Below are positions 53,954-64,000 of a stretch of 64,000 nucleotides of DNA, piece after piece. Both the position numbers and the translations under genes were made by a program. The notes beneath the pieces are model-generated. The model was not told the DNA's origin and did no database searches. It worked only from the letters and a program-made list of their open reading frames with translations. Source of the DNA: an uncultured delta proteobacterium (GTDB lineage Bacteria > Myxococcota_A > Polyangia > Polyangiales > Polyangiaceae); assembly GCA_963841435.1 (NCBI GenBank), contig CAWJCS010000002.1, positions 512,001-576,000 on the forward strand, read 5' to 3'. The number at the start of each line of letters is the position of its first letter. Positions within the stretch are counted from its first letter, which is position 1.

Positions 53954-55291
53954 TCAGCTTCCGGAGAGCGAGGTCAGGCTCACCGCGGCCCAGCCACCGG
54001 CCTGGAGCGAGAGCGGCCGGTCGCCCCGCAGGCGCCCCGCGGTGAGCGTCGCTTTGTGCGCGCCGGCGGGCAGGCGCAAGCGCCCCACGGCCACGCGCGC
54101 CGGCAGGGTTTCCCAGCTGCGCGTGTCGGGGGTGTCGACGGCCGTGAGGGTCGCCTGCGTCCCGAGCGACAAGAGCAGCCCCACGGTGCTGTCCTTCGCA
54201 GAGCGGCGCACGGCTTCGCCCGCCAGCACGCGAGCGATCATGCGCGTGATGGCGGACGCCACGATGGGGCCGCGCGCGTCGTCCCACGCGCGCCGCGCCT
54301 CGGCCGCGACGTCGAGCGCTCCCTCGAGGCCCTGCTGGCGCCCGTCGACGGAAAGCTGCGGCGTCGTGTGGGCGCCCGTGGGCTTGCCGAGCTCGGGGAA
54401 GTTGATCCACGTGACGAGCCCCTGCGCGGCGAGCGCGTTCGCCCGTGAGGCGTCGGTGGGGCTCATGGAGCCGCTCGCGTACGTGAGCGCGAGCCCGATG
54501 GGAATGCGGCGCGCAATCTTGGGCGGCACGCGGCCGTAGCCGATGATGACGAGCACGTCCGCGTCGCCCTCCTGGGTCGGGACGGCGGGCGCCTCGACCG
54601 CGCGGCGCAGGCGCGGCGTCATGACGCCGCTTCGTTGCGAAAGCCGCTGGATGGCGCCGGTGAGCGACGGGTAGTCGCCGTACTGCAGCGCCTCGTCGTA
54701 GTAGCGCAGCGCCTCGTCCGCGTTGCCGCTCTTCTCGAAGGTGAAGCCGGCAAGGTAGCTACCGAGGCCGACCAAGCTCTTGGCGCTGCCTTCGCTTTCG
54801 GCGATGAACTTCTGCATCACGGCGAGCCGTCGCGCTTCGATGCGCGCGCCCTGCAAATCCCCACGAACCAGGTAGTTGACCATGTTCATGGTGTTGATCA
54901 TCAGCTTCTCGTACGGGGGTGCCTTGTACGGGCCCACGTCGTCCGAGAACAGGTACTTCCCGATCTCGTGCGCGGCGTTTCGCGAAAGATCCAGGAGCTC
55001 GATGCGCTTGTCGCAAAACTCGAGGTCGCGGCTCGAGAGCTTGTAGTCGAGTAGCGACTGCAGCACCATCGCGCGATCGAGCAGGTAGAGCGGTGTGTCG
55101 CCACCGATCTCCTTCGGCAGCTCGCTCTTGCTCTTCACGTCGAGCTTTTCGTTGATCAGCCCGAGCGCATCACTCGCGCGATTGGCGTCCAACGCGGAGC
55201 GTATCTCTCGCGTCTTGTCGGAGTGGCTCGCGCAGCCGAAAAGCGCGAGCGCGAGGGCGATCCCGGAAACGGATCGAATCACGCTCGGCAT
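53954..55291 (-). CDS. COG3014-like lipoprotein
   Basis: LFGC lipobox; LLDRAM...Y...YEKLM...ARIEARR...PDTRSWETLP. Confidence 0.8.
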   Translation of the reverse strand: MPSVIRSVSGIALALALFGCASHSDKTREIRSALDANRASDALGLINEKLDVKSKSELPKEIGGDTPLYLLDRAMVLQSLLDYKLSSRDLEFCDKRIELLDLSRNAAHEIGKYLFSDDVGPYKAPPYEKLMINTMNMVNYLVRGDLQGARIEARRLAVMQKFIAESEGSAKSLVGLGSYLAGFTFEKSGNADEALRYYDEALQYGDYPSLTGAIQRLSQRSGVMTPRLRRAVEAPAVPTQEGDADVLVIIGYGRVPPKIARRIPIGLALTYASGSMSPTDASRANALAAQGLVTWINFPELGKPTGAHTTPQLSVDGRQQGLEGALDVAAEARRAWDDARGPIVASAITRMIARVLAGEAVRRSAKDSTVGLLLSLGTQATLTAVDTPDTRSWETLPARVAVGRLRLPAGAHKATLTAGRLRGDRPLSLQAGGWAAVSLTSLSGS

Positions 55292-55316
55292 GGAGTGTCC
55301 GACGCGGTACGACCGC

Positions 55317-55907
55317 TCAGATCAGCGCCTTGGTCACGGCGGTCTTGTGCTGGAACAGGATCTCGCCGGTTTCTACGTCGAGCACCTGGATGAACATGAA
55401 GTACTGCACGCGCCGCTCGCCGCTCTGGCGCTCGTCGGTGTTGTAGACCTTGCCCGTTACGATGTAGCGCGCGCCGACCTGCTTGCCCCAGGCGTTGACC
55501 TGGCTCTGGTCGAACGCGCCGGAGTACTGGCGCCGGATCTCCTCCACGAGCTTCGGCTGCTGCTCCATGCTGATGACGCGGACGTGCCCGGCATTGACGA
55601 GCGTGGTCTCGATGTCGCTGATGAGCGCATCGAGCGAGCTCTCGACGTGCTCGGTGGTCTCGTTGCGCAGCGGGATGACGGCGACGGCCGGCCGATCCTC
55701 GCTGGCCCAGCGCTGCACGACGGGCGCCTTCTCGAGCGCGTTCATGTTCTCGCGCAACATGCGCTCGAGGTCGCGACGGTCGAGGCCCGTGCTCATGGCT
55801 TCGGTGTCGAGGCCCTCGACGTCCGTGTCACGAACCGCCTTGGGCCCGCATGCCACGAACAGCGGGAGGCTTGCCACCGTCAGCGCCAAAAATCCGATTG
55901 ATTTCAT
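55317..55907 (-). CDS. LpoB/CsgG-like lipoprotein
   Basis: FVAC lipobox; RNETTEHV...GKQVGARYIVTG...DVETGEI. Confidence 0.8.
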   Translation of the reverse strand: MKSIGFLALTVASLPLFVACGPKAVRDTDVEGLDTEAMSTGLDRRDLERMLRENMNALEKAPVVQRWASEDRPAVAVIPLRNETTEHVESSLDALISDIETTLVNAGHVRVISMEQQPKLVEEIRRQYSGAFDQSQVNAWGKQVGARYIVTGKVYNTDERQSGERRVQYFMFIQVLDVETGEILFQHKTAVTKALI

Positions 55908-56074
55908 GAGACCACCCATTCCGGTCCGCTACGGGCTCGATTCGTGGACCTGATGACTTGGACGAGCGCGCGCTCGAATCCATCTGAATCCCCCCGCGTC
56001 CGGGCGCCAGCCCCCGTTTCGGGGCCAAACGAACCTGGGCCTCGAAGGGCACCAGGGCCGCTCCGACGTGCGGC

Positions 56075-56716
56075 TCAGCCCTGCCCCGAGCTTTCCGTGG
56101 CGGGGGAAGGCCGGCGGACCGGAATGATCTGCACCCGGCGGTCCTCGCCCTCGCCTTCGCTCTTCGTGATGACGCCCTCGAACTTCGCGAGCGCCATGTG
56201 CACGACGCGCCGATCGCGCGGATTCATCGGCTCGAAGGTGATGATCTTGCCGTCGTGGACGGCCTGCCGCCCGAGTCGGCGCGCCATGCTCGCGAGCGAA
56301 TCGTCGCGGCGCGCTCGGTAGCCCTCGGCGTCAACGAGGACGTGTCGCTTGTCGAGGCCCGGGCGATTGACGACCCGGTGGGTCAGAAACTGCAGGGCCT
56401 GCAGCACCTGCCCCTTCTTGCCGATGGCGAGCCCCGCGTCGTGGCCCTCGATCTCGATGTTGATCTCGTCGGGGGAATCCTCGTCGCTTTCGCGCAAGAC
56501 GACCGTGCACTCGAGCTCCATCTCGCGCACGACGTCGGTCACGAATGAAAGCGCCTGCCGCTGCCGGTCGTCCTTCGGCTCCATGCTGGGTGCCGTGCGG
56601 CGTTTCGGTTGCTCGCCACCGCCCTCCGCCGCCGCGGCGTCTACCTGGTCGAGCCCGACCTCGTCCTTGTCGTGCTCGCTCCCGTCGTTGTCGTTCCCTG
56701 ATTGGTCGTCGTGCAT
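56075..56716 (-). CDS. jag: Jag/KhpB RNA-binding protein (KH-R3H)
   Basis: AIGKKGQVLQALQ, DAEGYR, PMNPRDRRVVH, SEGEGEDRRV. Confidence 0.93.
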   Translation of the reverse strand: MHDDQSGNDNDGSEHDKDEVGLDQVDAAAAEGGGEQPKRRTAPSMEPKDDRQRQALSFVTDVVREMELECTVVLRESDEDSPDEINIEIEGHDAGLAIGKKGQVLQALQFLTHRVVNRPGLDKRHVLVDAEGYRARRDDSLASMARRLGRQAVHDGKIITFEPMNPRDRRVVHMALAKFEGVITKSEGEGEDRRVQIIPVRRPSPATESSGQG

Positions 56717-56727
56717 GAAAGTGATTC

Positions 56728-58408
56728 CTAATTCTTCCGGTCGGCCAGCGTGCGCCGCGCATGCCATTCCACCGCCTGCTGCTGAAGGATGCCGAGGAGG
56801 CCGTTGGTGAACATGTAGACCCCGAGGCCGGACGGCAGAAATAGCATCATGACGATGAACATGCCCGGCATCAGGTAAAGCATCATTTTTTGCTGGGCGG
56901 GGTCGCCCTGCATGGGCATCAGCTTCTGCTGCAAAAAGTTCGTCCCGCCGATCACGAACGGCAGAATGAACATCGGGTCGGGCCCCGAGAGGTCCGGGAA
57001 CCAGAGAAAGGGGATGTTGTAGAGTTCGACCGCGGTCTGCAGCGTCGTGTAGAGCGCAAACCAGACGGGCATCGACGCGAGCTGCGGCAAGCAGCCCTTG
57101 AGCGGATTCACGTTGTGCTTCCGCCAGAGCTCCATCTGCGCGAGGCCCTTCTTCTGGGCGTCGTCCTTGAACTTCGCGTTCAGGGTGTCCATCTCGGGCT
57201 TGAGCTCGCGCATGCGGATCATCTGCTTGATCGAGGGCAGCGTGAGCGGGAACAAGAGCGTGCGCGCCGTCACCGTGAGCACGATGATGGCGATGCCCCA
57301 GTTCGGCACCACGCTGTGCACCTTGAGCAAGAAGGCAACGAGCACCTTGGCGATCGCGGAGAAGAATCCGAGATCGATGAGGTCGATCAGGCGGTGCCCG
57401 CCGCCGCCCGCCCCTTCGAGGACCTTGCGCTCCTTCGGTCCGAAGTAGCCGAGCAGATGGTAGGTCTGGGTCTTTTTCGGGTCGAGCTTGAGCGCCGGGT
57501 AGGCGAGCCGCGCGCGGAACATCGCCCCGCCGTGGGGGTCGTCCGAGCGTGACTTGTACTTCGACGGATCCCAGCGCTCCTCGACCTGGAGCTGGCACAC
57601 GGGCGACGCGGGAGCCGCGAGCGGCACGAGCGCGTGCGAGAAGTAGGCGTTCGAAACAGCGGCGAAGGCGGGCGTGCCGGGTGCTTCGAACCAGTCGCCC
57701 GAGGCGAGGCCCGTATGGGGGAAATCCTTGAAATGCGAGGCGCTAAAGTCCTCGGTGCGCTTGCGGGTGGCGGTGCCGTCGGCGCTCACGCACTCGACGT
57801 GGGTGGACAGCGGGCTGACGCCGAACCAGCCCGCCTTCTGCTCGTGGTCGGTGCGCCACGCGTCGGTGTGGATGGTGAGCGCCTGATAAAGCGGGCGATC
57901 GGCGCGGTTCTCGATCGTGGCCTGGACGTCGATTTCGTAGGGGCGCCCCGTCGTGGTGAAGGTTTCCCGGATTGCGACGCGCTCGCTCTCGTGCACGAAC
58001 TCGCACGTCGTCTTGGAGTTCTCGACGATGTGAAAATCGAGCAGATCCGTGGGGACGAGCCAGTCGGAGCTGTTCACGCCCGTGGCCTCGTTGCGCCACG
58101 CGAAGCGCAGCTGGCGCCGCGTCTCGAACGTCGGGCGTCGTCGAAAGGTCGATCGCCTTGCCGTTCTTGCGGTACTTCGCGCGCAAGAGCTCGAAGTGCG
58201 TCAGGGTCGCGCTGCGCGTCGAGAGCCGCGCGTGCATGTTGTCGCCCCAGAGATCGCAAAGCTGCTCGGGGAGGCGCGGCTCGGGCGCGACCGTTCCCTC
58301 GGGTGAAAGCGGTTGGCGCTCCGACGAGCCGTGGAACAGCTTCGGCAGCACGAAGAACGCGAGGAGGAGCCCTACGGCGATGAAGAGAAAACGTCCGGCT
58401 CGTTCCAT
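56728..58408 (-). CDS. yidC: membrane protein insertase, frameshift near 58125
   Basis: YFGPK, NWGIAII, NPLKGCLP, WFPDLSGPDP, LPSGLGVY; N-terminus in a different frame. Confidence 0.93.
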
Positions 58409-58472
58409 GCGATGGGGGGCCTTGCGGCTGCTGAGGCCGCTCGCCCTCTACCACGCCCCAAGCCCGAGCGGA

Positions 58473-58706
58473 TCAGCCCGAACGGCCGTCCGGGAGCGGT
58501 GGCGGGTCGTGGCCGCCCGGGTGGAACGGGTGGCACTTCGAGAGCCGCCGGACCGCAAGCCAGCTGCCGCGCAGCGCCCCGTGGAGCCTCAGGCATTCGG
58601 CGGCGTAGTGCGAGCACGACGGCTGGAAGCGACAGACCGGCCCGAGCAGGGGCGACAGGGTCCACTGGTAGACCCGGATCAGAAAAATCAGCAGTCGCGC
58701 GAGCAT
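58473..58706 (-). CDS. yidD: membrane protein insertion efficiency factor
   Basis: YQWTLSP...[11 protein letters not shown]...[11 protein letters not shown]. Confidence 0.95.
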   Translation of the reverse strand: MLARLLIFLIRVYQWTLSPLLGPVCRFQPSCSHYAAECLRLHGALRGSWLAVRRLSKCHPFHPGGHDPPPLPDGRSG

Positions 58707-58709
58707 GGA

Positions 58710-59130
58710 TCAGCCACCGCGGGCGCCCGGAGTCTTTCCCTCGCCGGGCGCCGGTGCAAGCTCCGCCAGGCGCCCCAGCTTTTTTCGAAGCGCCCCCGAG
58801 GCGGCTCGCCACTCGCGTACGACCTCCTCGAGCCTGGCGTCACCGAGGGGCTTGCGTACGACGACCACGAGGTCCACGAACGCGGGCCAGAGATCGCGCG
58901 TGGCCCGGAAGGCCTCACGCACCAGGCGTTTGGCGCGATTTCGCGTCACGGCGTTGCCGATCTTCCGCGAGGCCGTGATGCCGAGGCGAGCGACGGCGCC
59001 GCCGCCGGGAGCGACGATCAAAACGAAGCGTCGCGTGTCGATCCGCTCGCCGCTACCCTGGATACGCTGAAACTCGGCGCGCTTGCGGACGCGTCCGAGC
59101 TTCGCTTTCGAGGCGGCGCGAGGCGACGAG
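58710..59130 (-). CDS. rnpA: ribonuclease P protein component (start uncertain)
   Basis: RKRAEFQRI...RLGITASRKIGNAVTRNRAKRLVREAFR. Confidence 0.9.
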
Positions 59131-59280
59131 CTACTTCTCGTAGGTGGAGACCGTGAGGCGCCAGCGACCCTTGCGGCGGCGATTGGCGAGCACTTTGCGC
59201 CCACCCTTCGTGCTCTGACGCTTGCGGTAGCCGTGGGTTCGCAGGCGGCTGGTGTTGTGGGGCTGGTAGGTGCGCTTCAT
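59131..59280 (-). CDS. rpmH: 50S ribosomal protein L34 (absent from ORF track)
   Basis: [49 protein letters not shown]. Confidence 0.97.
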   Translation of the reverse strand: MKRTYQPHNTSRLRTHGYRKRQSTKGGRKVLANRRRKGRWRLTVSTYEK

Positions 59281-59380
59281 GGCTCGACCCGGGGAATCAC
59301 GGGGGAGGCGGAATTAGCCACGAGGGGCCGAGCGAGTCAAGGCATCGGCCAGGTGTGACATTGTTTGTCAATCTGGCCGC

Positions 59381-60340
59381 TCAGGCGGGACCCACGAGGC
59401 GCTCGAGCAGCGCGAGGTCCAGGAGGCCCTCGTCGGGCGTGTAGCCGACGGGTCGCCGGCCCCGCGCGACCTCGACGAAATGGCGAAATTCTGCCTCGAA
59501 GCTGTTGGTCCGGGCTTCGAACGTCGTCACCTTGCCGCTCTCTTTCAGGAGGCAGGCACGGTCGTAGTGGAGCTCGGCGGTCGCGCGGCTGCCGAAGAGC
59601 CTCAGCAGGGGTCCCCGGTAGGGGACCGAAAAGCAGCTCGTCCAGGTGCCGACCGCGCCCGACGGGAAGCCGAGCGCCGCCACGACCGTGTCGAGGGGCA
59701 CGAGCGACGGCTCGAACGACGCCGTGAGGTTTTCGACGCGGCTCGGCAGCTCGAGCGCGCGCCGGAGCGCGCAGGCGACGTGGACCCCCGCGTCGGCGAC
59801 GAACCCCCCGACGTGACCGGGCTTTTCGCGCCACGACGTGTGAAAGTACGGGTTCTTCGCGTCCATGCGCGTCATCTGGGTGGCTTCGACGACACGCACG
59901 TCGCCGAGGCGGCCGCTCTTCACCCAGCGCGCGAGCTTCTCGACGTGCGGCATGAACGCGAAGTTCTCGCCGACGAGCCAGGGCACGTCGTGGCGCTTCG
60001 CGGCGCGCACCAGACGGCGCGCCGCAGCGACGGAGGGCCCCACGGGTTTTTCGCTGAGCACGGGTTTGCCCGCGCGCAAGGCCTCGAGCACGTAGCGGGG
60101 CTGGGCGTCGATCGGCAGGCTGATGACGAGCGCTTCGACCTCGGGCAGCGCGATGAGCGCCGCGGCGTCGTCGACGACCTTCGGAATGCGGGCGAGCCGC
60201 GCGTAGGCTTCGGCCTTCTTGCGCGTGCGGTTCGCGCAGGCAACGACCTCCAGGCGTCCGCGGAGCGCCGCGAACGCGGGGAGGTAAAGCTTCGTCGGTG
60301 CGAGCCCGGTGCCGAGCAACCCCACCCTGAGCGCGCTCAT
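59381..60340 (-). CDS. Gfo/Idh/MocA oxidoreductase
   Basis: VGLLGTG, AGKPVLSEKP, GENF, GGFVADAGVH. Confidence 0.9.
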   Translation of the reverse strand: MSALRVGLLGTGLAPTKLYLPAFAALRGRLEVVACANRTRKKAEAYARLARIPKVVDDAAALIALPEVEALVISLPIDAQPRYVLEALRAGKPVLSEKPVGPSVAAARRLVRAAKRHDVPWLVGENFAFMPHVEKLARWVKSGRLGDVRVVEATQMTRMDAKNPYFHTSWREKPGHVGGFVADAGVHVACALRRALELPSRVENLTASFEPSLVPLDTVVAALGFPSGAVGTWTSCFSVPYRGPLLRLFGSRATAELHYDRACLLKESGKVTTFEARTNSFEAEFRHFVEVARGRRPVGYTPDEGLLDLALLERLVGPA

Positions 60341-60615
60341 TGCGGCTTGCAGTCGGCGAGGCACACCGTTTGGATCTCGGAGCACTGGTGGTCGGAAACG
60401 CAGTTCGCGCAGTGCTCGCGACGCGAGTCGGGCACCTCGCGCTCCACTTGGGCCTCGCAGTCGTCCCGCGTGAAGCCGTTCGGATCCGCTGCCGTCACCC
60501 CGCCTTTGGGCAGGAGCCCGCATTCGTCGAGCCGCGCGCAAATCTCGGACGCGTCGCTCTGACAGCCGGAGGCGAGCGCGACCACCCCCGCGATAACGAA
60601 GCTTCGAAAGACCAC
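60337..60615 (-). CDS. small Cys-rich lipoprotein
   Basis: LASGC lipobox, ICARLDEC...CANC...C; ATGA overlap with the oxidoreductase. Confidence 0.7.
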   Translation of the reverse strand: MVFRSFVIAGVVALASGCQSDASEICARLDECGLLPKGGVTAADPNGFTRDDCEAQVEREVPDSRREHCANCVSDHQCSEIQTVCLADCKPQ

Positions 60616-60721
60616 GCGAGCCCGAAAGGTAGCAGAAACCCCGCGCGGAAGGGTGCCGGCGGGCCCGGCGGCCGGGCCCGCTTGCTCGGCCCGGCGAGCG
60701 CGTGCTAAACGGAGCCCCCTC

Positions 60722-60889
60722 ATGCGCGAGAACATTCGCTTGGTGTCGTCGGCCGGTACGGGTTTCACGTACTACACGACCAAGAACAAGCGTACGCAGA
60801 CGAACAAGCTCGAGATCAAGAAGTACGATCCCGTGGTTCGTCAGCACGTCGTGTTCAAAGAAACCAAGATGCCGCCTCACTCGAAGTGA
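60722..60889 (+). CDS. rpmG: 50S ribosomal protein L33 (Cys-free form)
   Basis: [24 protein letters not shown]...[15 protein letters not shown]. Confidence 0.96.
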   Translation: MRENIRLVSSAGTGFTYYTTKNKRTQTNKLEIKKYDPVVRQHVVFKETKMPPHSK

Positions 60890-60976
60890 GCGCCGGGCCC
60901 CTCGGGGCCGGCACCGCGCGCTTCGGTGGTGGAGGTTGTCGTCGAGGGCCGCTGCCGATCGGGCGGCCGCCGACGC

Positions 60977-62707
60977 CTACTCGCTCAGGATCTTGAACTC
61001 GACGCGGCGGTTCTTGGCGCGCCCCTCGTCGGTGTTGTTGTCGGCGACGGGCTGATTGGGCCCGAAGCCCTGAGACTCGAGCCGGCTCGCGGCGATGCCG
61101 TGCGCCGAGAGGTAGTTCTTGCAGGCGGCGGCGCGCTCGCGTGAGAGCCGCATGTTGAGCTCGAGGGCGCCGTGGCTGTCGGTGTGTCCGTTGACGCCGA
61201 TGCGGATCTTCGGGCGCGACTTCATGAGATCGACGACCTCGTCGAGGATCGGGTAGCTCACGGCCTTGATCACGGCCCTGCCGAACTCGAACTCGATGGG
61301 CTGCAGGAGCTGGACGTTGCCCTCTTCGGTGACGTTCGTGAGCGGGCAGCCGTTGAGTTCGGGCTTGCGGGAGCGCTTGCCGGCCTTCGTCGGGCACTTG
61401 TCCTGGGCATCGGGGATGCCGTCGGCGTCGGCATCGTCTTCGGGGCAGCCGTCCTTGTCCTCGATGCCGTCCATGTCCTCCGGCTGGTCGGGGCACTGAT
61501 CGACGTTGTCCGGGATGCCGTCGTGATCGCGATCGGCGTCGGCGGGGCAGCCGTCCGAGGGATCGGGCGGCTTGCCGTCTTCCTTGACGGTCGGGCACTT
61601 GTCGATGCTGTCGGGATAGCCGTCGCCGTCGGTGTCGGGATCATCGAGGGGGACGTCGGAGGTGAATTGAACCTTGGGCGGCGGGCTATTCGCGCCGAAG
61701 TCCTTGAGCGTGAGGAACGTGCCGATCGAGAGGATCACGCGCAGGTCGGGCGCGCCGTAGCCCGTGAACAAGCGCGTGCCGGCGCCGCCCATGGCCCAGA
61801 TGCGCTCGCGCTTGCCGATGAGATAGCGGGCCTGCCCCATCCACTCGATGTCGGTGTTGGTGCTGCTGAAAAAGGAGCTCTCGTTCTTCGGTCCGAGCCC
61901 TTCGATGCCCGTCGTGCCGAGTAGCTCGATGCCGAGGCGTAGCTTGTTGCCGTGGAGCGGGAGGAACGCGCCGAGCGCGAAGCGCAGCTCGGAGCCCGTG
62001 TACAGGGTGCCCTTGGAGCCGCCGATGCTGCGCTCCGGGCGAAGCTGCGGGCCGATCATCCCGTTGACGAAGAATTTCTTGAAGTCGACCTCGCCCGACG
62101 CGTAGAGCATGCCGGCGATGCCGTTGTCGCCCGCGAAGGCGCCGGCGTTGCCCGTGGGTGCCCAGAGCGCGCCGCCCCCGCCCAGCCGGAAACGGCGCGA
62201 GTCGTTCTCGTAGAGCCGTACCCTCGCGTCGAAGCGCATGTCGTGGATCGCGATGCGATTGCCATCGATGCCGCCCGCGCCGACCCCCACCGACAGCGGG
62301 TCGGTGTTGGTGAATTTGTACCACATCACCGGCAGCGACACGTTGAGCGCGAAGCGCCGCGAGATCTCCGTGCCGAGCGTGAAGTAGCTCAGGATCTGTC
62401 CACGGACCGGATCCGACATGGAGTTTTCGGTCTCCGAGTCGGTCGTCACGGTCTCGTCGCGCAGCGGGTTGTGCGCGTAGCCGAGCGAGGCGAATCCGTA
62501 GAAACGCGTCTCGTCGTAGAGCGTCGGCCGCCAGACCATGAACCCGTCGTCCGGCGCGCCGGAGATCTGTGCGCGGTCGAGGTAGAAATAGGAGGCCTGG
62601 GCCCTTGCCGTGGAGGCCGTGCAGAGCACGAGCGCAGCGGCGAGCCCGACCAGGAAGGCTCGAATCAGGGTACGGACGGCTCGACCGAGGACGGGGCTCT
62701 GGCGCAC
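60977..62707 (-). CDS. outer-membrane beta-barrel + TSP3 repeats + OmpA domain protein
   Basis: Signal peptide, GYGAPDLR, DxDGDGxPDxxDxCP repeats, GHTD...RA...NRRVEF. Confidence 0.9.
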   Translation of the reverse strand: MRQSPVLGRAVRTLIRAFLVGLAAALVLCTASTARAQASYFYLDRAQISGAPDDGFMVWRPTLYDETRFYGFASLGYAHNPLRDETVTTDSETENSMSDPVRGQILSYFTLGTEISRRFALNVSLPVMWYKFTNTDPLSVGVGAGGIDGNRIAIHDMRFDARVRLYENDSRRFRLGGGGALWAPTGNAGAFAGDNGIAGMLYASGEVDFKKFFVNGMIGPQLRPERSIGGSKGTLYTGSELRFALGAFLPLHGNKLRLGIELLGTTGIEGLGPKNESSFFSSTNTDIEWMGQARYLIGKRERIWAMGGAGTRLFTGYGAPDLRVILSIGTFLTLKDFGANSPPPKVQFTSDVPLDDPDTDGDGYPDSIDKCPTVKEDGKPPDPSDGCPADADRDHDGIPDNVDQCPDQPEDMDGIEDKDGCPEDDADADGIPDAQDKCPTKAGKRSRKPELNGCPLTNVTEEGNVQLLQPIEFEFGRAVIKAVSYPILDEVVDLMKSRPKIRIGVNGHTDSHGALELNMRLSRERAAACKNYLSAHGIAASRLESQGFGPNQPVADNNTDEGRAKNRRVEFKILSE

Positions 62708-62778
62708 GCGCCGAACCTAGCCCGACCCGTTTAGCGATTGAAGCCGCAAGTTGCGCCGGCCCGTGGGCCGCCTCGAGG

Positions 62779-63999
62779 TCAAGGTATCGCGGGCGCCCGG
62801 GCTTCGGCACCGCGCGAAGCCCGCACGTCGGCGAAGAGCTCGCAGACCCAGAGCGTTTCGTCGTCGTCCCGCGCGGCGCCGATACCGATGGCGTCGAAGC
62901 TCGGCTCGAGCAGATTCGCTCGGTGCGACGGGCTCGCCCAGAGCATGCGATGGGCTCGCGCTGCGTCCGGCGCGTGCGCGACGTTCTCGCCGACCGCTCG
63001 CGCGACCAGCCCGGCACGTTCGGCGCGGTCGGCCGGCGACCCGTCGCCCACGTCGTGGGAAAGGTTCTGGCGGTCGCGCATGGCGGTGGCGTGTGCCCGC
63101 GCGAGCGCGTCGAGCGCCGGCAATCGGACGACGGCGGCGAGGTCCTCGCTTTCGCGCGCGGCGTTCACCATCCCGAGCAGTTGCTCGTCGGGCAGACCGC
63201 CGGGTGCAGCCACTTCGCCCGGCGCGGGTGTTTGCGAGAAATGGGTGGGCGGCTCCTCGCCGGCAAAGAGCATCGCCTCTGCGAGCGGACGCGGCCCGCC
63301 GTCAACGCGCGCCAGCAGCTGCACGAGCCACGGCCCGGCGCGATCGGCGGAAAAACGTGCCCGCACGACTCCGCCGTCGAGCGACGCGGGAACGGTGTGC
63401 GGCGCCCCGCGCGGCCCGAGCACGAGCACCTCCGCGTCACTGCCGGCGACCAGCAGCCGCGCCGTCACGCTCACCCACGTCCCCACGCGGACCGCGGTGG
63501 GCAAGGGATCGAGGTCCGCGAGCGCCGAAACAGCGACGACGGCGACGAGCTCGCGCTCCCCGCGCACGCGCACGAGAGCGCAGCGACGCTCGCCGCCTTC
63601 GTGGATGGTCGCGAGCCACGAAGGTAGCCGCGCCTCGGCGCCTCGCGTGGCGTCCGGTCCCGATAGCGTCCAGGCGTGCGGCCAGACGTACGGCGAGCCC
63701 TCGCTGCGGAGCGCGAAGCGCAGCTCGTCGGCGTCGAGGGGCGCGCCGGCCAGCTCGCGTTCGGCGACGCGCGCCGCCACGCGCGCGAGTGCGGCGTCCC
63801 CACGCTGGCAGGCGGCCGCGAAATCGCCGCTCGGTGGGTTTTCGCGTTGAGGCGAGCGCGTCGTGGGCTGCCAGCGGTACGGCCCTGGGGCGGGCGCGTG
63901 CACCGCCACTGGCTGAGGCTCGGGGCGTCGTGGCGGCACGCCGCATGCGCTCGCCGCGAGGCCGAGCCCCGCGCCGAGGGCCTTCCACGCGCGCTGCAT
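62779..63999 (-). CDS. CAP (SCP) domain lipoprotein
   Basis: ASAC lipobox; VNAAR...ARAHA...GENVA...WASPSHRANLL...IGIG. Confidence 0.85.
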   Translation of the reverse strand: MQRAWKALGAGLGLAASACGVPPRRPEPQPVAVHAPAPGPYRWQPTTRSPQRENPPSGDFAAACQRGDAALARVAARVAERELAGAPLDADELRFALRSEGSPYVWPHAWTLSGPDATRGAEARLPSWLATIHEGGERRCALVRVRGERELVAVVAVSALADLDPLPTAVRVGTWVSVTARLLVAGSDAEVLVLGPRGAPHTVPASLDGGVVRARFSADRAGPWLVQLLARVDGGPRPLAEAMLFAGEEPPTHFSQTPAPGEVAAPGGLPDEQLLGMVNAARESEDLAAVVRLPALDALARAHATAMRDRQNLSHDVGDGSPADRAERAGLVARAVGENVAHAPDAARAHRMLWASPSHRANLLEPSFDAIGIGAARDDDETLWVCELFADVRASRGAEARAPAIP

Positions 64000-64000
64000 G

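Noticed and set aside
59341-59375. AT-richer patch upstream of rpmH as oriC
   Set aside because: Too short, no DnaA boxes seen and no dnaA; more likely promoter sequence

Overview
Very GC-rich bacterial DNA. Gene content (Ser/Thr kinase, many Gly-linker lipoproteins, TSP3-OmpA protein, Cys-rich lipoproteins) points to a myxobacterium of the Polyangiaceae type. Frameshifts in normally essential genes such as yidC suggest an unpolished long-read or MAG assembly. Positions 1-44.7 kb are accessory: secreted lipoproteins and hydrolases, a hybrid kinase, HU, pseudogene fragments, an integrase remnant and an exact 360-bp duplication. This part also holds a ~6.5-kb defence-like island between two IS91/ISCR remnants. 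The island encodes a PD-(D/E)xK endonuclease, a C5 DNA methyltransferase, an endonuclease III-like glycosylase, a stand-alone Mrr N-terminal protein, a MORC/GHKL ATPase and an orphan antitoxin. Two tRNA-Ser genes at ~45.1-45.4 kb mark the switch to core genes: guaB, CDF-CesT-pspA, PL3, lpoB-like, jag-yidC-yidD-rnpA-rpmH, rpmG, OmpA and a CAP protein. The most striking pattern is a recurrent apparent conversion of GTCGAC to GTCAAC, GTTGAC or GTTAAC. It accounts for both internal stops in the endonuclease gene and for Asp-to-Asn changes at conserved sites elsewhere. This may be a methylation footprint, either in vivo deamination or base-calling error. All family calls come from motif recognition, not database searches.
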